Shown piece by piece: positions 11,834 through 21,440 of a stretch of DNA of 64,000 bases. The DNA is from an uncultured Chloroflexia bacterium (GTDB lineage: Bacteria; Chloroflexota; Ktedonobacteria; Ktedonobacterales; JADMIN01). The notes under the pieces are model-generated. The model saw only the letters and a program-made list of their open reading frames with translations. It had not been told where the DNA came from and did not search any database. Each line of letters opens with the position of its first letter. Position 1 is the stretch's first letter. The translations under genes and the position numbers were made by a program. The DNA lies in assembly GCA_963809385.1 (NCBI GenBank), contig CAWEJL010000013.1, positions 14,043-78,042 on the forward strand, in the 5' to 3' direction.

Positions 11834-12249
11834 GAGGCTCGTTCCTCTCCAGATCAACCGGCGATAGCCGCATCGCTACGGCGGATAGCCTACCATACCA
11901 CGCCGGATGCGGGCGTGGGTGGGGTTTCCGGCGGGCGGTCGGCGAGCTGTGTTCCGGGAAACGGCTGGGAGGCGTCAACAGCCGCCAGCCCAGGAGATAC
12001 AGGTGTTAGCTGGACGCGCCAGCTACACCTCACTGGCAGGCCAGCGCCATCGCGCGAAGAGGGAAGACGGCGCCGCGTCGCAACCAGGCGCCAGAATAGC
12101 TCGCGTCAGTATGCGCCTACACTCGTGGGCGCGCGGAGGCGAACGCCGTTGTCCCCTCGGTTCAGGCTACGCCCATTGTAGCCGTGCGCTCCAAGGGGTG
12201 TCAACGGTGTAGCTGGCTGACATGCGGGGCGCGCTCCGTCACACTTGAG

Positions 12250-12972
12250 TCACGGCATCCACCATACCTTCGGCTCGACATACACATCGTACCGGGCGAT
12301 CTCACTGGCGCAGGTGGCCTGAATGCGGTCAAGCAGACGCTCGCATGCCTGGGGCGTCACGCGCCAGAAGGCGTAGCTCAGCGCGGCTGTCTGTCTGCCA
12401 CTCAGAAGGAGGGTATCCGGCGGCTCGCTGGCATCTTCGCCATCTTCGCCATCTTCGCCGTCCGCGTCCGGCGGCTCGCGGCAGGCGCGGGACGAGCGCA
12501 AGACCTGTAGGCGCTGCTGCGATTGCGCTTCCCGTGGTAGACACCGATAGCCGCAATCTCACTCCAGGCCATTGTTCTCGGCTTGACGCTAATGGGACGG
12601 CGGTGAGGGAAGCGCCACCCGTCAGGCATCACCTCCACCAGCGGACGGCGCATCACGCCAAACCGCGCGACCTACACGATTATGCCCATCCCGGGGACGT
12701 TGAGGAGCGCGAACCACCACCAGTTCCAGGCTATCTCCGCCGCGCTGATATGCGGACTCCAAACGATGAGCGCATAGTAGAGAAACACCGCATAGGCGAA
12801 CGAGTAGGCCAGCCACAGCGCCAGCTTCCACGGGTTGGCGTAGAGGCGGAACAGGTATCTAGGCGTTCACGATGGCCACTCCTGGGCAAACGGGGAAGCG
12901 CGATCACAGCCAATCGCGCGGCTTGCCGCCAGTGTAACATGCGCCGCCAATGGGAGCGCGACGGTATGGCAT
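12250..12972 (-). CDS. multiply frameshifted membrane protein, paralog of 6940..7539
   Basis: fragments give TM helices, RRPLVEV, MAWSEI and ERLLDRIQATCASEIARYDVYVEP, similar to the 6940 gene. Confidence 0.45.
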
Positions 12973-13042
12973 GATCAACACTGGGAGTGACGCCATCGCG
13001 GACAGCGTGAAGAAAAGGAGCGCGGCATGAGCGCGGATATGC

Positions 13043-13906
13043 GTGGAGGAGCCGCTGACGGGGCGCGTGCAGGGCGTCGCGCTCCGCCCAACTGGCGCGT
13101 CCGCGTGTGAGGTTGGCGTGCTGGTGCTGGCAGGCTCCAGCGGGCGGCTGGACCTCGCGCGGGCGCGGCTGCTCGCGGCGCATGGGGCGCTCGCGGTCGC
13201 GCTGCGCTGGTTCGGCGGGCCGGGACAGCCGCCGGGTATCTGCGAGATTCCACTCGAAACCTTCACCGAAGCGATTGACTGGCTGGCGGAGCAGGGCGCG
13301 CGCCGCATCGGGATCGTGGGGCTCTCGAGAGGCGCGGAGGCGGCGCTGCTGGTCGCCTGCCACGACGCGCGCGTGGATACGGTGATCGCGCTTGCGCCCT
13401 CATCAGTCTGCTGGGCGTATGTGGGGCCGAGCGCCGACGGACGCGCGCACACCTATCGCTCGTCCTGGACATGGCGCGGCGCCCCGGCGCCATTCGTCCC
13501 CTATGACGAGTCATGGGAGCCAGCCGGAGGGGACGGGCTGGTGAGCTATCGCGCGCTCTACGAGGCGAGCCTGCGCGCCTTCCCCGACGCCGCGCGGGCG
13601 GCGGCGATCCCGGTGGAGCGGGCGCGCGCCAGCCTGCTGCTCGTCGCGGGCGGCGCCGACGCGCTCTGGCCGTCCGCGCTGTTCGCCGCTGAGATCGCCG
13701 CGCGCCGGAGAACGGCCGGGCGCCAGGTCGAAGTCATCACCCATCCCGACGCTGGCCACCGCCCCATCCTCCCCAGCGAACCCGCGCCGACCCCATCCAC
13801 CTCCTACGCCCACGGCGGGAGCGCGGCGGCGGACGCGGCCCTTGGCGCGCTGGCCTGGCCGCGCATACAGGCGCTCCTGCATGGCGGGGAGCGGGAATCA
13901 CCGTGA
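13043..13906 (+). CDS. acyl-CoA thioesterase / BAAT C-terminal-type alpha/beta hydrolase
   Basis: GLSRGAE nucleophile elbow, IPVER, G.D..WPS, PDAGH. Confidence 0.85.
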   Translation: MEEPLTGRVQGVALRPTGASACEVGVLVLAGSSGRLDLARARLLAAHGALAVALRWFGGPGQPPGICEIPLETFTEAIDWLAEQGARRIGIVGLSRGAEAALLVACHDARVDTVIALAPSSVCWAYVGPSADGRAHTYRSSWTWRGAPAPFVPYDESWEPAGGDGLVSYRALYEASLRAFPDAARAAAIPVERARASLLLVAGGADALWPSALFAAEIAARRRTAGRQVEVITHPDAGHRPILPSEPAPTPSTSYAHGGSAAADAALGALAWPRIQALLHGGERESP

Positions 13907-14157
13907 TGACAGCGGGCGCGGGATCGCTGGGCCTGAACGCGACGCGGGGCTTTCCCCGCCGCGTCAAAGTGGGCGCAGGTATCGTCGTTGGTGACACATG
14001 CGCGCTCTATGTGAGAACACGGGGATGGAACGTGACACCGCTGTGACCTGGCCGCATCACTATTGCTACCTGGGAGAGCGCGAGCGCTCCAGCGCGCTCC
14101 AGTGCGTTCCAGGCTGATGCGAAAGCGAGAACCCGCGTGCGAGGAAATAAGGGAAGG

Positions 14158-14736
14158 ATGCGCCACTACGTGGCCGCGCCGTTGCTAGTGATTCTTGTGA
14201 CGAGCTTGAGCCTGGCGGGCTGCGCATTGAGTTCGAGTTCAGCCCCAACGGGAGCGGCAACCATCTCTCCGAAGAGTGTGCAAGAGCAAATCAGCGCGCT
14301 GGCGAGCGTGACGCAGGTGGATGCCGCGACCAACCAGATCCGCTACACAACACAGGATGTCACGCTGGTTGCGGTAGGAGCGCCCCCAGGTCATGAGGGC
14401 GAGTACTGGCAAATTGATGGGCGTGTGAACCCAACCGTGATCGTGCCGGCTGGCGCCCATCTGATGGTCGAGGTCATCAACGGTGATCCCGATATGCCTC
14501 ATGGATGGGAGCTCACCACCAGCGCGCCGCCGTATGGCCAGACGCCCATGATGGGCGGCATGCGCGGCGGTATGGCGATGAACGCCACGATGGCGCCACT
14601 CCCGGCGGCGCACAATAATCAGTGGCCTATGGGGGCTCTGAATTTTACGGCGCCACCATCAGGCGTGTACTACTACATCTGCCAGGTACAAGACCATGCC
14701 CAAGAGGGGATGTGGGGGAAGCTGATCGTCGAGTAG
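14158..14736 (+). CDS. rusticyanin/sulfocyanin-like blue copper lipoprotein
   Basis: lipobox LAGC; NPT..VPAGA...IN....PH; YYYICQVQDHAQEGM (C-x4-H-x4-M type 1 Cu site). Confidence 0.85.
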   Translation: MRHYVAAPLLVILVTSLSLAGCALSSSSAPTGAATISPKSVQEQISALASVTQVDAATNQIRYTTQDVTLVAVGAPPGHEGEYWQIDGRVNPTVIVPAGAHLMVEVINGDPDMPHGWELTTSAPPYGQTPMMGGMRGGMAMNATMAPLPAAHNNQWPMGALNFTAPPSGVYYYICQVQDHAQEGMWGKLIVE

Positions 14737-14776
14737 GAGCGCAATGGCCCGCCCGGCGCATTCAGCCTCCCACCAC

Positions 14777-15241
14777 TCACGCCTTGAACGCGCCGTCCAT
14801 CCTGCCCTGACTCACCATCGTCTGGCAATAGGCGTACAGCGCGTCGTAGACGATAGCCTCCCGCTCCAGTGTCTCGTGGTCATCGCGCAGCCCCAGATGG
14901 CGGAACCCTTCGGCGATGGCGTTGAGCCCTGGCCCCTCCGGCTGGCCGTAGAGCGCGTTGTCGGTGTCCGCGCCGTTGACGATCTTCCCCAGCAGGGCCA
15001 GCGCCGGGTCCTTCATCAGATCGTACTTCCGCAGAATCGCCTCGAAGGAGCATTCCTTGCCGTGATGGCCTAGCGCGACACCCTTCACATCGTAGGGCGT
15101 CGCCTCCTCGCGCGCGGCGATCTCCATCACCTGACCCGCTGGCGCGAACAGAAACTCCGCCTGCGGATCAACGAACTTCTTGATCAGCCAGGGACAGGCC
15201 ACCCGGTCCACTTTGACATGCTCGCGTGTAATCCACTTCAT
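14777..15241 (-). CDS. chromate-resistance ChrB C-terminal domain protein
   Basis: MKWITRE..KVDRVACPWLI.KFVD..AEF, H....CSFEA, IVNGAD, YDALY. Confidence 0.88.
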   Translation of the reverse strand: MKWITREHVKVDRVACPWLIKKFVDPQAEFLFAPAGQVMEIAAREEATPYDVKGVALGHHGKECSFEAILRKYDLMKDPALALLGKIVNGADTDNALYGQPEGPGLNAIAEGFRHLGLRDDHETLEREAIVYDALYAYCQTMVSQGRMDGAFKA

Positions 15242-15414
15242 CGCCGCGCTCCTCATTGACCGCTACGCGAGGCGTGCAGAGCTTCGCGCTTGCGCCGTTC
15301 AACAGCTCATCACAGAGCCGTCTGGCATATCCTATGGGGTTATACCAGATAGCGCCGCCACGCGCCGTGGCAGCTGACGCGCGCTGGCGAACAGCCGAAG
15401 GTCCTCCAAGCGTA

Positions 15415-15443
15415 TTGACATTGGCTCCTGGACGCGGTATACT
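15415..15443 (+). promoter_or_regulatory. sigma70-type promoter of the initiator tRNA
   Basis: TTGACA-17 bp-TATACT, 11 nt before the tRNA. Confidence 0.85.
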
Positions 15444-15454
15444 CCTGGAAGTGA

Positions 15455-15530
15455 CGCGGGGTAGAGCAGTGGTTAGCTCGTCGGGCTCATAACCCGGAGG
15501 TCGTCGGTTCGAATCCGGCCCCCGCTACCA
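15455..15530 (+). tRNA. tRNA-fMet (CAT), initiator
   Basis: cloverleaf, C1:A72 mismatch, GGG/CCC anticodon stem, CAT anticodon, encoded CCA. Confidence 0.95.
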
Positions 15531-15535
15531 ATTTG

Positions 15536-15571
15536 GCCCTCACAACAGATCACTGGTGTGAGGGCTATTTT
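15536..15571 (+). terminator. intrinsic terminator
   Basis: GCCCTCAC...GTGAGGGC followed by TATTTT. Confidence 0.7.
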
Positions 15572-15723
15572 CGTTAACGCGCGGTACGTTCGTTAACGAA
15601 AATGGGCGCTGATTGGCTGATTGTCAGAGCCGATTGGCGCGCCTGATCAACTATCGTTCGACGCGCCATGTACCTGCCGTGCATCTGTGGCGGCGCATAA
15701 CTCTAGATTGCGCTCCTGACCAT

Positions 15724-16590
15724 ATGCCAATAACGATCAACTCGACCGTCCTCATGTCGGGCGTTGACCATTTCGATGATCGCGCCGCCATCAATCCGTT
15801 CATGCGCGCTGACGTCGCCATTGATCGAGCGAACGCTCGCATTGAACACAACCGCATCCGCGCCGCGCTGGAGTCAGCCGGTGTCAACGTGGTGGGCGTC
15901 GCGGCGCCACCTGGCTGCCAGGATGGTGTCTATACGGCGAATTGGGCGCTCGTGCGCGGCGACAAGGCTGTCATGTCTGTGCTGCCCAATGCCCGCAAAG
16001 GCGAGGAAGCCTACGCGGAACGAGTCTTGCGCGACCACGGCATGACCATCATCCATGTCCCCGATGGCGTGCGTTTCAGCGGCCAGGGTGACGCGCTGCC
16101 CTGTGGCAGGTATCTCCTCGCTGGCGCCACCTATCGCAGCGACCCAGAAGTTCACCAATTCCTCGCGAGCGCGCTGGGCTATGAGGTGGTCAGCCTGCAG
16201 ACGGTGCCCGAGCGCGATGCCAGCGGCAATCCCGTCATCAACGCGGCGTCCGGATGGCCCGACAGCTTCTTCTACGATATTGATCTGGCCATCGCCGTCC
16301 TGCGGGATGACCTCATCGCCTGGTGCCCCGACGCCTTCGAGCATGCCAGCCAGGAGACGATACGCGCGCTAGACCTCAGAAAGATCGAGGTGTCGCTGGA
16401 GGAAGCCGTACACGGGTTCGCCTGCAACCTCGTCTCTACTGGGGAGACGGTGATCATGAGCGCGCACGCGCCCCAACTTCAGGCCGCCATTGAAGCTGAA
16501 GGCCTCAAGACCGTTACGCCTGAGATCAGTGAGCTCGTCAAGGGCGGTGGCTACATCCGCTGCACGACCTTGACGTTGTCGAATCTCTGA
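15724..16590 (+). CDS. amidinotransferase / dimethylargininase (pentein) family protein
   Basis: INPFM, DGVYTAN, R.GE, FSGQGD, KGGGYIRCTT with catalytic Cys. Confidence 0.85.
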   Translation: MPITINSTVLMSGVDHFDDRAAINPFMRADVAIDRANARIEHNRIRAALESAGVNVVGVAAPPGCQDGVYTANWALVRGDKAVMSVLPNARKGEEAYAERVLRDHGMTIIHVPDGVRFSGQGDALPCGRYLLAGATYRSDPEVHQFLASALGYEVVSLQTVPERDASGNPVINAASGWPDSFFYDIDLAIAVLRDDLIAWCPDAFEHASQETIRALDLRKIEVSLEEAVHGFACNLVSTGETVIMSAHAPQLQAAIEAEGLKTVTPEISELVKGGGYIRCTTLTLSNL

Positions 16591-16646
16591 AGCGCGCGCG
16601 CCCGCCTTCTCGCAGGGCGTGTCAAAGTCGTTGACCAGAAGCGAGC

Positions 16647-16829
16647 GGGCGCAATCATTCGCGCCTCAAGGCGGCTCCCGCCGCCACCAGACCTGCCGCT
16701 GCAGGTCCCCGTCCGCTGGGTAGGCGTCCGCGCAGGCGGACGTTGTGGGCCGCGAGGCGAGTGGAGCGAAGCCCCCATGCGGGTTCGGGGCTCCCGCATG
16801 GGGCCCTTCAGGCGCGGTTTCAACCGCCC
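16647..16829. repeat. REP-like element, family A
   Basis: same terminal inverted repeats and GTCCGCGCAGGCGGAC core. Confidence 0.8.
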
Positions 16830-16878
16830 GCGCGCCTCGTCGGGCGACTTTGACACCGCCGCCAGGCGAGGCTTGCAC

Positions 16879-16908
16879 TTGACTGCCCCGAGTGAATCGT
16901 TGTATGAT
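16879..16908 (+). promoter_or_regulatory. putative sigma70 promoter of the second tRNA
   Basis: TTGACT-18 bp-TATGAT. Confidence 0.5.
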
Positions 16909-16937
16909 TTCGGGGCGGTTTTCCGCTGTATCTCTCT

Positions 16938-17012
16938 GGCGGCGTAGCTCAGTGGCAGAGCAAGGGACTCATAAGCCCTAGGTCGTTGGTTCAAATCCAA
17001 CCGCCGTCACCA
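16938..17012 (+). tRNA. tRNA with CAT anticodon (elongator Met; Ile2 not excluded)
   Basis: GGCGGCG/CGCCGTC acceptor stem, TAGCTCAG D arm, CTCATAA loop, GGTTCAAATCC T arm, CCA end. Confidence 0.92.
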
Positions 17013-17026
17013 CATCTTCCCAAACC

Positions 17027-17056
17027 CGCCCCCGGCCATCACGCCGGGGGCGTTTT
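17027..17056 (+). terminator. intrinsic terminator
   Basis: CGCCCCCGGC-6 nt-GCCGGGGGCG-TTTT. Confidence 0.75.
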
Positions 17057-17206
17057 CGTGGGCGCGCGATCCTTCAGCCCGCCAGCTCCCCACACCACGA
17101 ACGAGGCCCCCCGCCGCTTGCGCCGCTGGGGGCCTCGTCGCGTCGCCCGCCACTGTATGTGTGACGCCCGTGAACGCGGGCGCCATGCATACAGCGACGC
17201 TTCCAG

Positions 17207-19300
17207 TTACGCCTGGTTGCGGCGGCGCCGGCCAACGAACATGAACAGGAACACCGCAATAATCACCAGCAGCGCCAGCACACCGATCAACACCGGGATG
17301 AGCGGGAAACTCCCCGTGTTGAACCCCAGCACCGGCGACGATGTGGGCGTACTGGTCGCGCTCGGAACTGTCGTGTCCGTAGGCTCCGTGATCGTCGTCG
17401 TCGCTGACGGGGTCGCCGTCGCGCCCGGAGTCGCCGTCACCGTCGCCTCAGGGGTTACCGTCGCGCCCGGAGTCGGAGTCGCGCTGAGGACCGTGACCAG
17501 GACACAACTGGTCGCGCCGGTATTGCCAAACGCGTCTTTCCCGCGCACGCAGACGGTAAACCGCCCCGTCCCCGAGATCGCCACGCGGCCCTTGACGTTT
17601 TCCGAGACCTGGTTGAAGTGGCCATCCTGCGCGTAGAGCGGATAATACTGGCCACCATTGATATTGAACTGCGCCGACGCAATGCTGAAGCCGCCCGTCG
17701 TCGCGTCGCTTACCGTCGCCGTCAGCGTGAAGTTGGAGTGCGCGGCCACCGGGTCAGGGGAGGCCACCACCTTGCTCGCCACCGGTCCGGCGCAGATCGC
17801 CGCGGGCGTCGTCCGGTATGGCTTATAGGTCACGTTGGCGCTGACGCCGTTGCCCGTCCCGGAGGGGTTCGAGCTGGCGTTGTGCGGGCCACTGGAGGCG
17901 CCCCACCAGTTATTGGTGGCGACCATCGCCGTCCCGGCGGCCACTGTCGCCCCCGCGCTGGTGTTGCCCATGACGCAGTTCTGCGACGCGCTCACTGATG
18001 AGCCGCTCGGCAGCGCGTCTGAGTTCAGACCTGTCGCGAAGCCGGAGACAATGTTGCTCGTGATGCTCACGCCCGTCGTGCTGTTTGGAGCGATGATCTG
18101 CACACCCGCCAGCGGGCGCGAAGCGCCACTGCCCAGCATCACGTTGTGGTTAATGCTGATCGGTCCGCCAAGCGCGCCTTTCATGGCCACCGCATAGCCG
18201 TGGCCAGAGCCACCATTCATTCGGAACGTGTTGCCCTTGATCGTCACGCCCCAAATGTTGGATGTCACAGATCCGCTCGATGTGCCAAAGCCGTGCATGA
18301 AGATGTCGGCGCTATCCGGCACCGAGGAATACACACCCACCACACCCTGGTTGTTGAAGGTGTTATACGAGATCGTGACATTACTCAGCGAGCCGACCAG
18401 CCCACCGCCATAGCCCGCATCAAGACCGACACCCATCCCCTGGTAGTTCTCGAAGGTATTGCCTGAGATCACCTGCGGCTTCGTGACGTCGAAACTGCCA
18501 TCCGAGAGGAATAGCAGGCCCTCGGCCCAGTAGTCAGTCTGCGATGACGACATCGAGTCGTAGAGGCCGTGGAGATTCAGGTCATTCCCCGTGAACGAGA
18601 ACGCGCCCGCATTCGACTCGACCAGCGCCGCCCGGAAAACGCCCTTGAAGCTGTTGTTGGTGACATTCACCGTGGCGTTGTTGCCAGCGACATAGATCGA
18701 GTCAATCTGGTCCAACTGGTTGGTCGGGTCCAGCGTGCTGTCGCTATAGAAGAGGTTATTCTTGATCGTGATGACATCGCTGGCGTTCGTATCTTGATAG
18801 ATATCCATCAACTGGCCATAGTCATTGCCACCACCATTATAGGTCGCGCCCTCCAGCGTGAACCCGGAGATGGTAATGTTTCCGGGCGTGCTGGGCTTTG
18901 AGATCTGGATCAGCGGCGCGATCGTGAACGTTGACTGGCCAGTGGGAATCGCGTTGATGATCGCCTTGCCAGCGCCTGCGCCCACCAGGTTGACCGGCTT
19001 GTTAATGGTGATCTGCGCGTCGGTCTTGGTGGCCCCCGTCTCATTGGGGCCGTAGGTTCCCGCCTTCACCGTGATCGTGTCGCCCGGCGCGGCGGCGGCC
19101 AGCGCGTCATTGATGCTCTTGTACGTACAACCCGACGCGCACACATCCAGCGTGGCGGCGTGCGCCTGGCGTACCAGCGTCGCGCTCTCCACCGCCAGCG
19201 CCGTCATCAGGAGCAGGCCAAGCAGCGCCTGCGTCCAGCGCGATCGCAGCACGGCGCGCAGCCGCCCAGAGCCAACTCCGCCAACAGACGCGCCATTCAT
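17207..19300 (-). CDS. secreted right-handed beta-helix (pectin-lyase-like) protein with Ig-like domain, Thr/Pro linker and C-terminal membrane anchor
   Basis: signal peptide ending AHA; SI.DA...A.PGDTI.V.AGTY; I..N.F repeats; NNWWG...GP; TATP repeats; TM helix then RRRR. Confidence 0.8.
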   Translation of the reverse strand: MNGASVGGVGSGRLRAVLRSRWTQALLGLLLMTALAVESATLVRQAHAATLDVCASGCTYKSINDALAAAAPGDTITVKAGTYGPNETGATKTDAQITINKPVNLVGAGAGKAIINAIPTGQSTFTIAPLIQISKPSTPGNITISGFTLEGATYNGGGNDYGQLMDIYQDTNASDVITIKNNLFYSDSTLDPTNQLDQIDSIYVAGNNATVNVTNNSFKGVFRAALVESNAGAFSFTGNDLNLHGLYDSMSSSQTDYWAEGLLFLSDGSFDVTKPQVISGNTFENYQGMGVGLDAGYGGGLVGSLSNVTISYNTFNNQGVVGVYSSVPDSADIFMHGFGTSSGSVTSNIWGVTIKGNTFRMNGGSGHGYAVAMKGALGGPISINHNVMLGSGASRPLAGVQIIAPNSTTGVSITSNIVSGFATGLNSDALPSGSSVSASQNCVMGNTSAGATVAAGTAMVATNNWWGASSGPHNASSNPSGTGNGVSANVTYKPYRTTPAAICAGPVASKVVASPDPVAAHSNFTLTATVSDATTGGFSIASAQFNINGGQYYPLYAQDGHFNQVSENVKGRVAISGTGRFTVCVRGKDAFGNTGATSCVLVTVLSATPTPGATVTPEATVTATPGATATPSATTTITEPTDTTVPSATSTPTSSPVLGFNTGSFPLIPVLIGVLALLVIIAVFLFMFVGRRRRNQA

Positions 19301-20016
19301 GTTATGATGCTCCCCACCCAATGTCACAACCCCTTTCTCACTACCAGCGGCGCAGGCTCATGGTCCGCCTACCCACGCGCCATCCCGTTATGGGCGCGCC
19401 AGCGCCACGGCTGGTAGACATATCCCCCGGACACGTCAATCCGGGTCATAGCGATCGCGGGTTGCGGGATAGCAATGGAACAGATATGGAGTGAACGGGA
19501 TGGGGGGAAATAAAAGCAAATTAAGCGGTGCGCCCTCATCCACCTTCACCCACCTTGCAAGCCGCGATCACTAGTGGTGACGCGCGAAGCCCACACCGGT
19601 AACGTGTCGTACTGGAACATGTGGCGCGAATGACGATGAAATCAGTCATTTTCAAGGCTAATCCACGCGATGTATCATGCGCGTCACACTTCATGTGACA
19701 TGGAGCATGAAGCGCCGTTGAACCCGCGCATCCGTGCCACTCGCCTGGCGTCATCCTTGAATTATTCAGACTCCATGACCTGCCACACACTGACCGCTTC
19801 CTGCCCGACGCCGCGCCACATACGCCCCGCGTGGGCAGCCGGGAGCGCGCCGTTCCGCGCTCCGCTCACAATGTCATCACAAGCGAGCAAGCATCCATTA
19901 CATCTCTATATAGCGTTCATTTGTTCTTCAATTGTTCATCAATTCCACCCCAGCCTCACACCTGTCGCGGCTCGCGCACGGGAATAACCGCTGATCGCCA
20001 ACGACGCGGCGCTAAC

Positions 20017-21192
20017 TCACACCGGCGTGAAGGTGACGGGGAGCGTTTTGACGCCGAAGACGATCGAGCTTTCCATCCAGCGCAGCGGCGCGTCGGGGAC
20101 GCGGCGAATATCACGGAAGCGCGCGGTGAGCGCCTCCAGGGCGAGGCGCGCTTCCAGGCGGGCGAGGGGCGCGCCGAGGCAGAAGTGGATGCCGTAGCCA
20201 AAGGCGAGATGCCGGTTGGGCGTGCGCTCGATGTCGAAGACGTGGGCGTTGGGGAACAGGGTTTCGTCGCGGTTGGCCGAGCCAATCCAGGCGATGACGG
20301 GCTGGCCGGGGCGCGTGACAACGCCGCCCAGGTCCGTCCCGCCAGTGGCGGCGCGGAACATGGACTGGACGGGCGAGCGGTAGCGCAAGACTTCCTCGAT
20401 GGCGTCAGGGATGCGGTCGGGCTGGGCGCGCAGGCGCTCGTACACGTCGGGCTGCTCGTCGAAGCAGAGGATGGCGTTGCCGAGCAGGTTGGTGGTGGTC
20501 TCGTTGCCCGCGACGAGCAGCAGGACGCAGAAGCCGATCAGCTCGATCTCGCTGAGCCGCTGGCCGTCAATCTCGGCGCTGATAAGATGGCTGATGAGGT
20601 CGTCGCGCGGCTCGGCGCGGCGCTCGACGATCAGGCGCCCGAAGTACATCGCCATCTCGCGCTGGGCGTCCATAAAGGAGAGCTGACCAGCGGCGGGCGC
20701 CGCGCCAGGGGAAACGATAGCGTCGGACCAGCGCCTGAACTGGGCGCGCTCGGAGGTCGGGATGCCGAGCATTTCAGCGATCACGATCACCGGCAGCGGG
20801 TAAGCGAGGTCTTCGATGAAGTCCATGCGACCAGCGGCGGCGACCTGATCGAGCAGCTCGCCAGTGATCGCGGTGATGCGGGGAGCGAGCTGGGCGACGG
20901 CGCGCGGGGTGAAAGCCTGGGTGATGAGGTTGCGCAGCTGGCGGTGGCGCGGGGGATCGGAGCTGATGAGGCTCGCGCCCAGCGCTGACGAGCCATCGCG
21001 GCCACCACGGTCGGAGGAGAAGGCCTCGAAGTCGGAGAGGACGCGCTGCACGTCGTCATAGCCGAAGACCGAGAGCGCGCCGGAGTGGGGGTCAACCATT
21101 GCGGGCGATTCGCGCCGCATCCGCTCATACCAGGGAAAAGGATCGTGGGCTTCCCCGCGAGGATCGCCCGCGCGCCGCGACGGTGTCTCCAT
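20017..21192 (-). CDS. cytochrome P450
   Basis: AGNETT, EEVLRY (ExxR), HLAFGYGIHFCLGA. Confidence 0.95.
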   Translation of the reverse strand: METPSRRAGDPRGEAHDPFPWYERMRRESPAMVDPHSGALSVFGYDDVQRVLSDFEAFSSDRGGRDGSSALGASLISSDPPRHRQLRNLITQAFTPRAVAQLAPRITAITGELLDQVAAAGRMDFIEDLAYPLPVIVIAEMLGIPTSERAQFRRWSDAIVSPGAAPAAGQLSFMDAQREMAMYFGRLIVERRAEPRDDLISHLISAEIDGQRLSEIELIGFCVLLLVAGNETTTNLLGNAILCFDEQPDVYERLRAQPDRIPDAIEEVLRYRSPVQSMFRAATGGTDLGGVVTRPGQPVIAWIGSANRDETLFPNAHVFDIERTPNRHLAFGYGIHFCLGAPLARLEARLALEALTARFRDIRRVPDAPLRWMESSIVFGVKTLPVTFTPV

Positions 21193-21440
21193 GTTCACGC
21201 TCGCTCCTTGGCTGTGGGGTGGAGGAGGAAAGACGCCGCGCGCCTGCGCGACTGGCCTCGCTGTATAGTGTAGCGTGTGGAGGCGGCTTGCGCGAGGACG
21301 CCGAGAGGCGCCGCCAGGCTGAGTACGTACGGAAAGCCACTAGGCCAGTCCACACAGGGCTTGACCGTGGTCCAATGTCCATTTGAGTGTACTATCGACG
21401 CCGATATGTTATGACTGGGCGCCAGAGGGTAACCACGAGT

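Noticed and set aside
12433-12459. 9-bp triple repeat CATCTTCGC as a phase-variation tract
   Set aside because: In-frame unit length within an error-rich region; no support for a switch
15455-17012. Prophage or integrative element at the tRNAs
   Set aside because: No integrase, phage genes or duplicated tRNA 3' end seen
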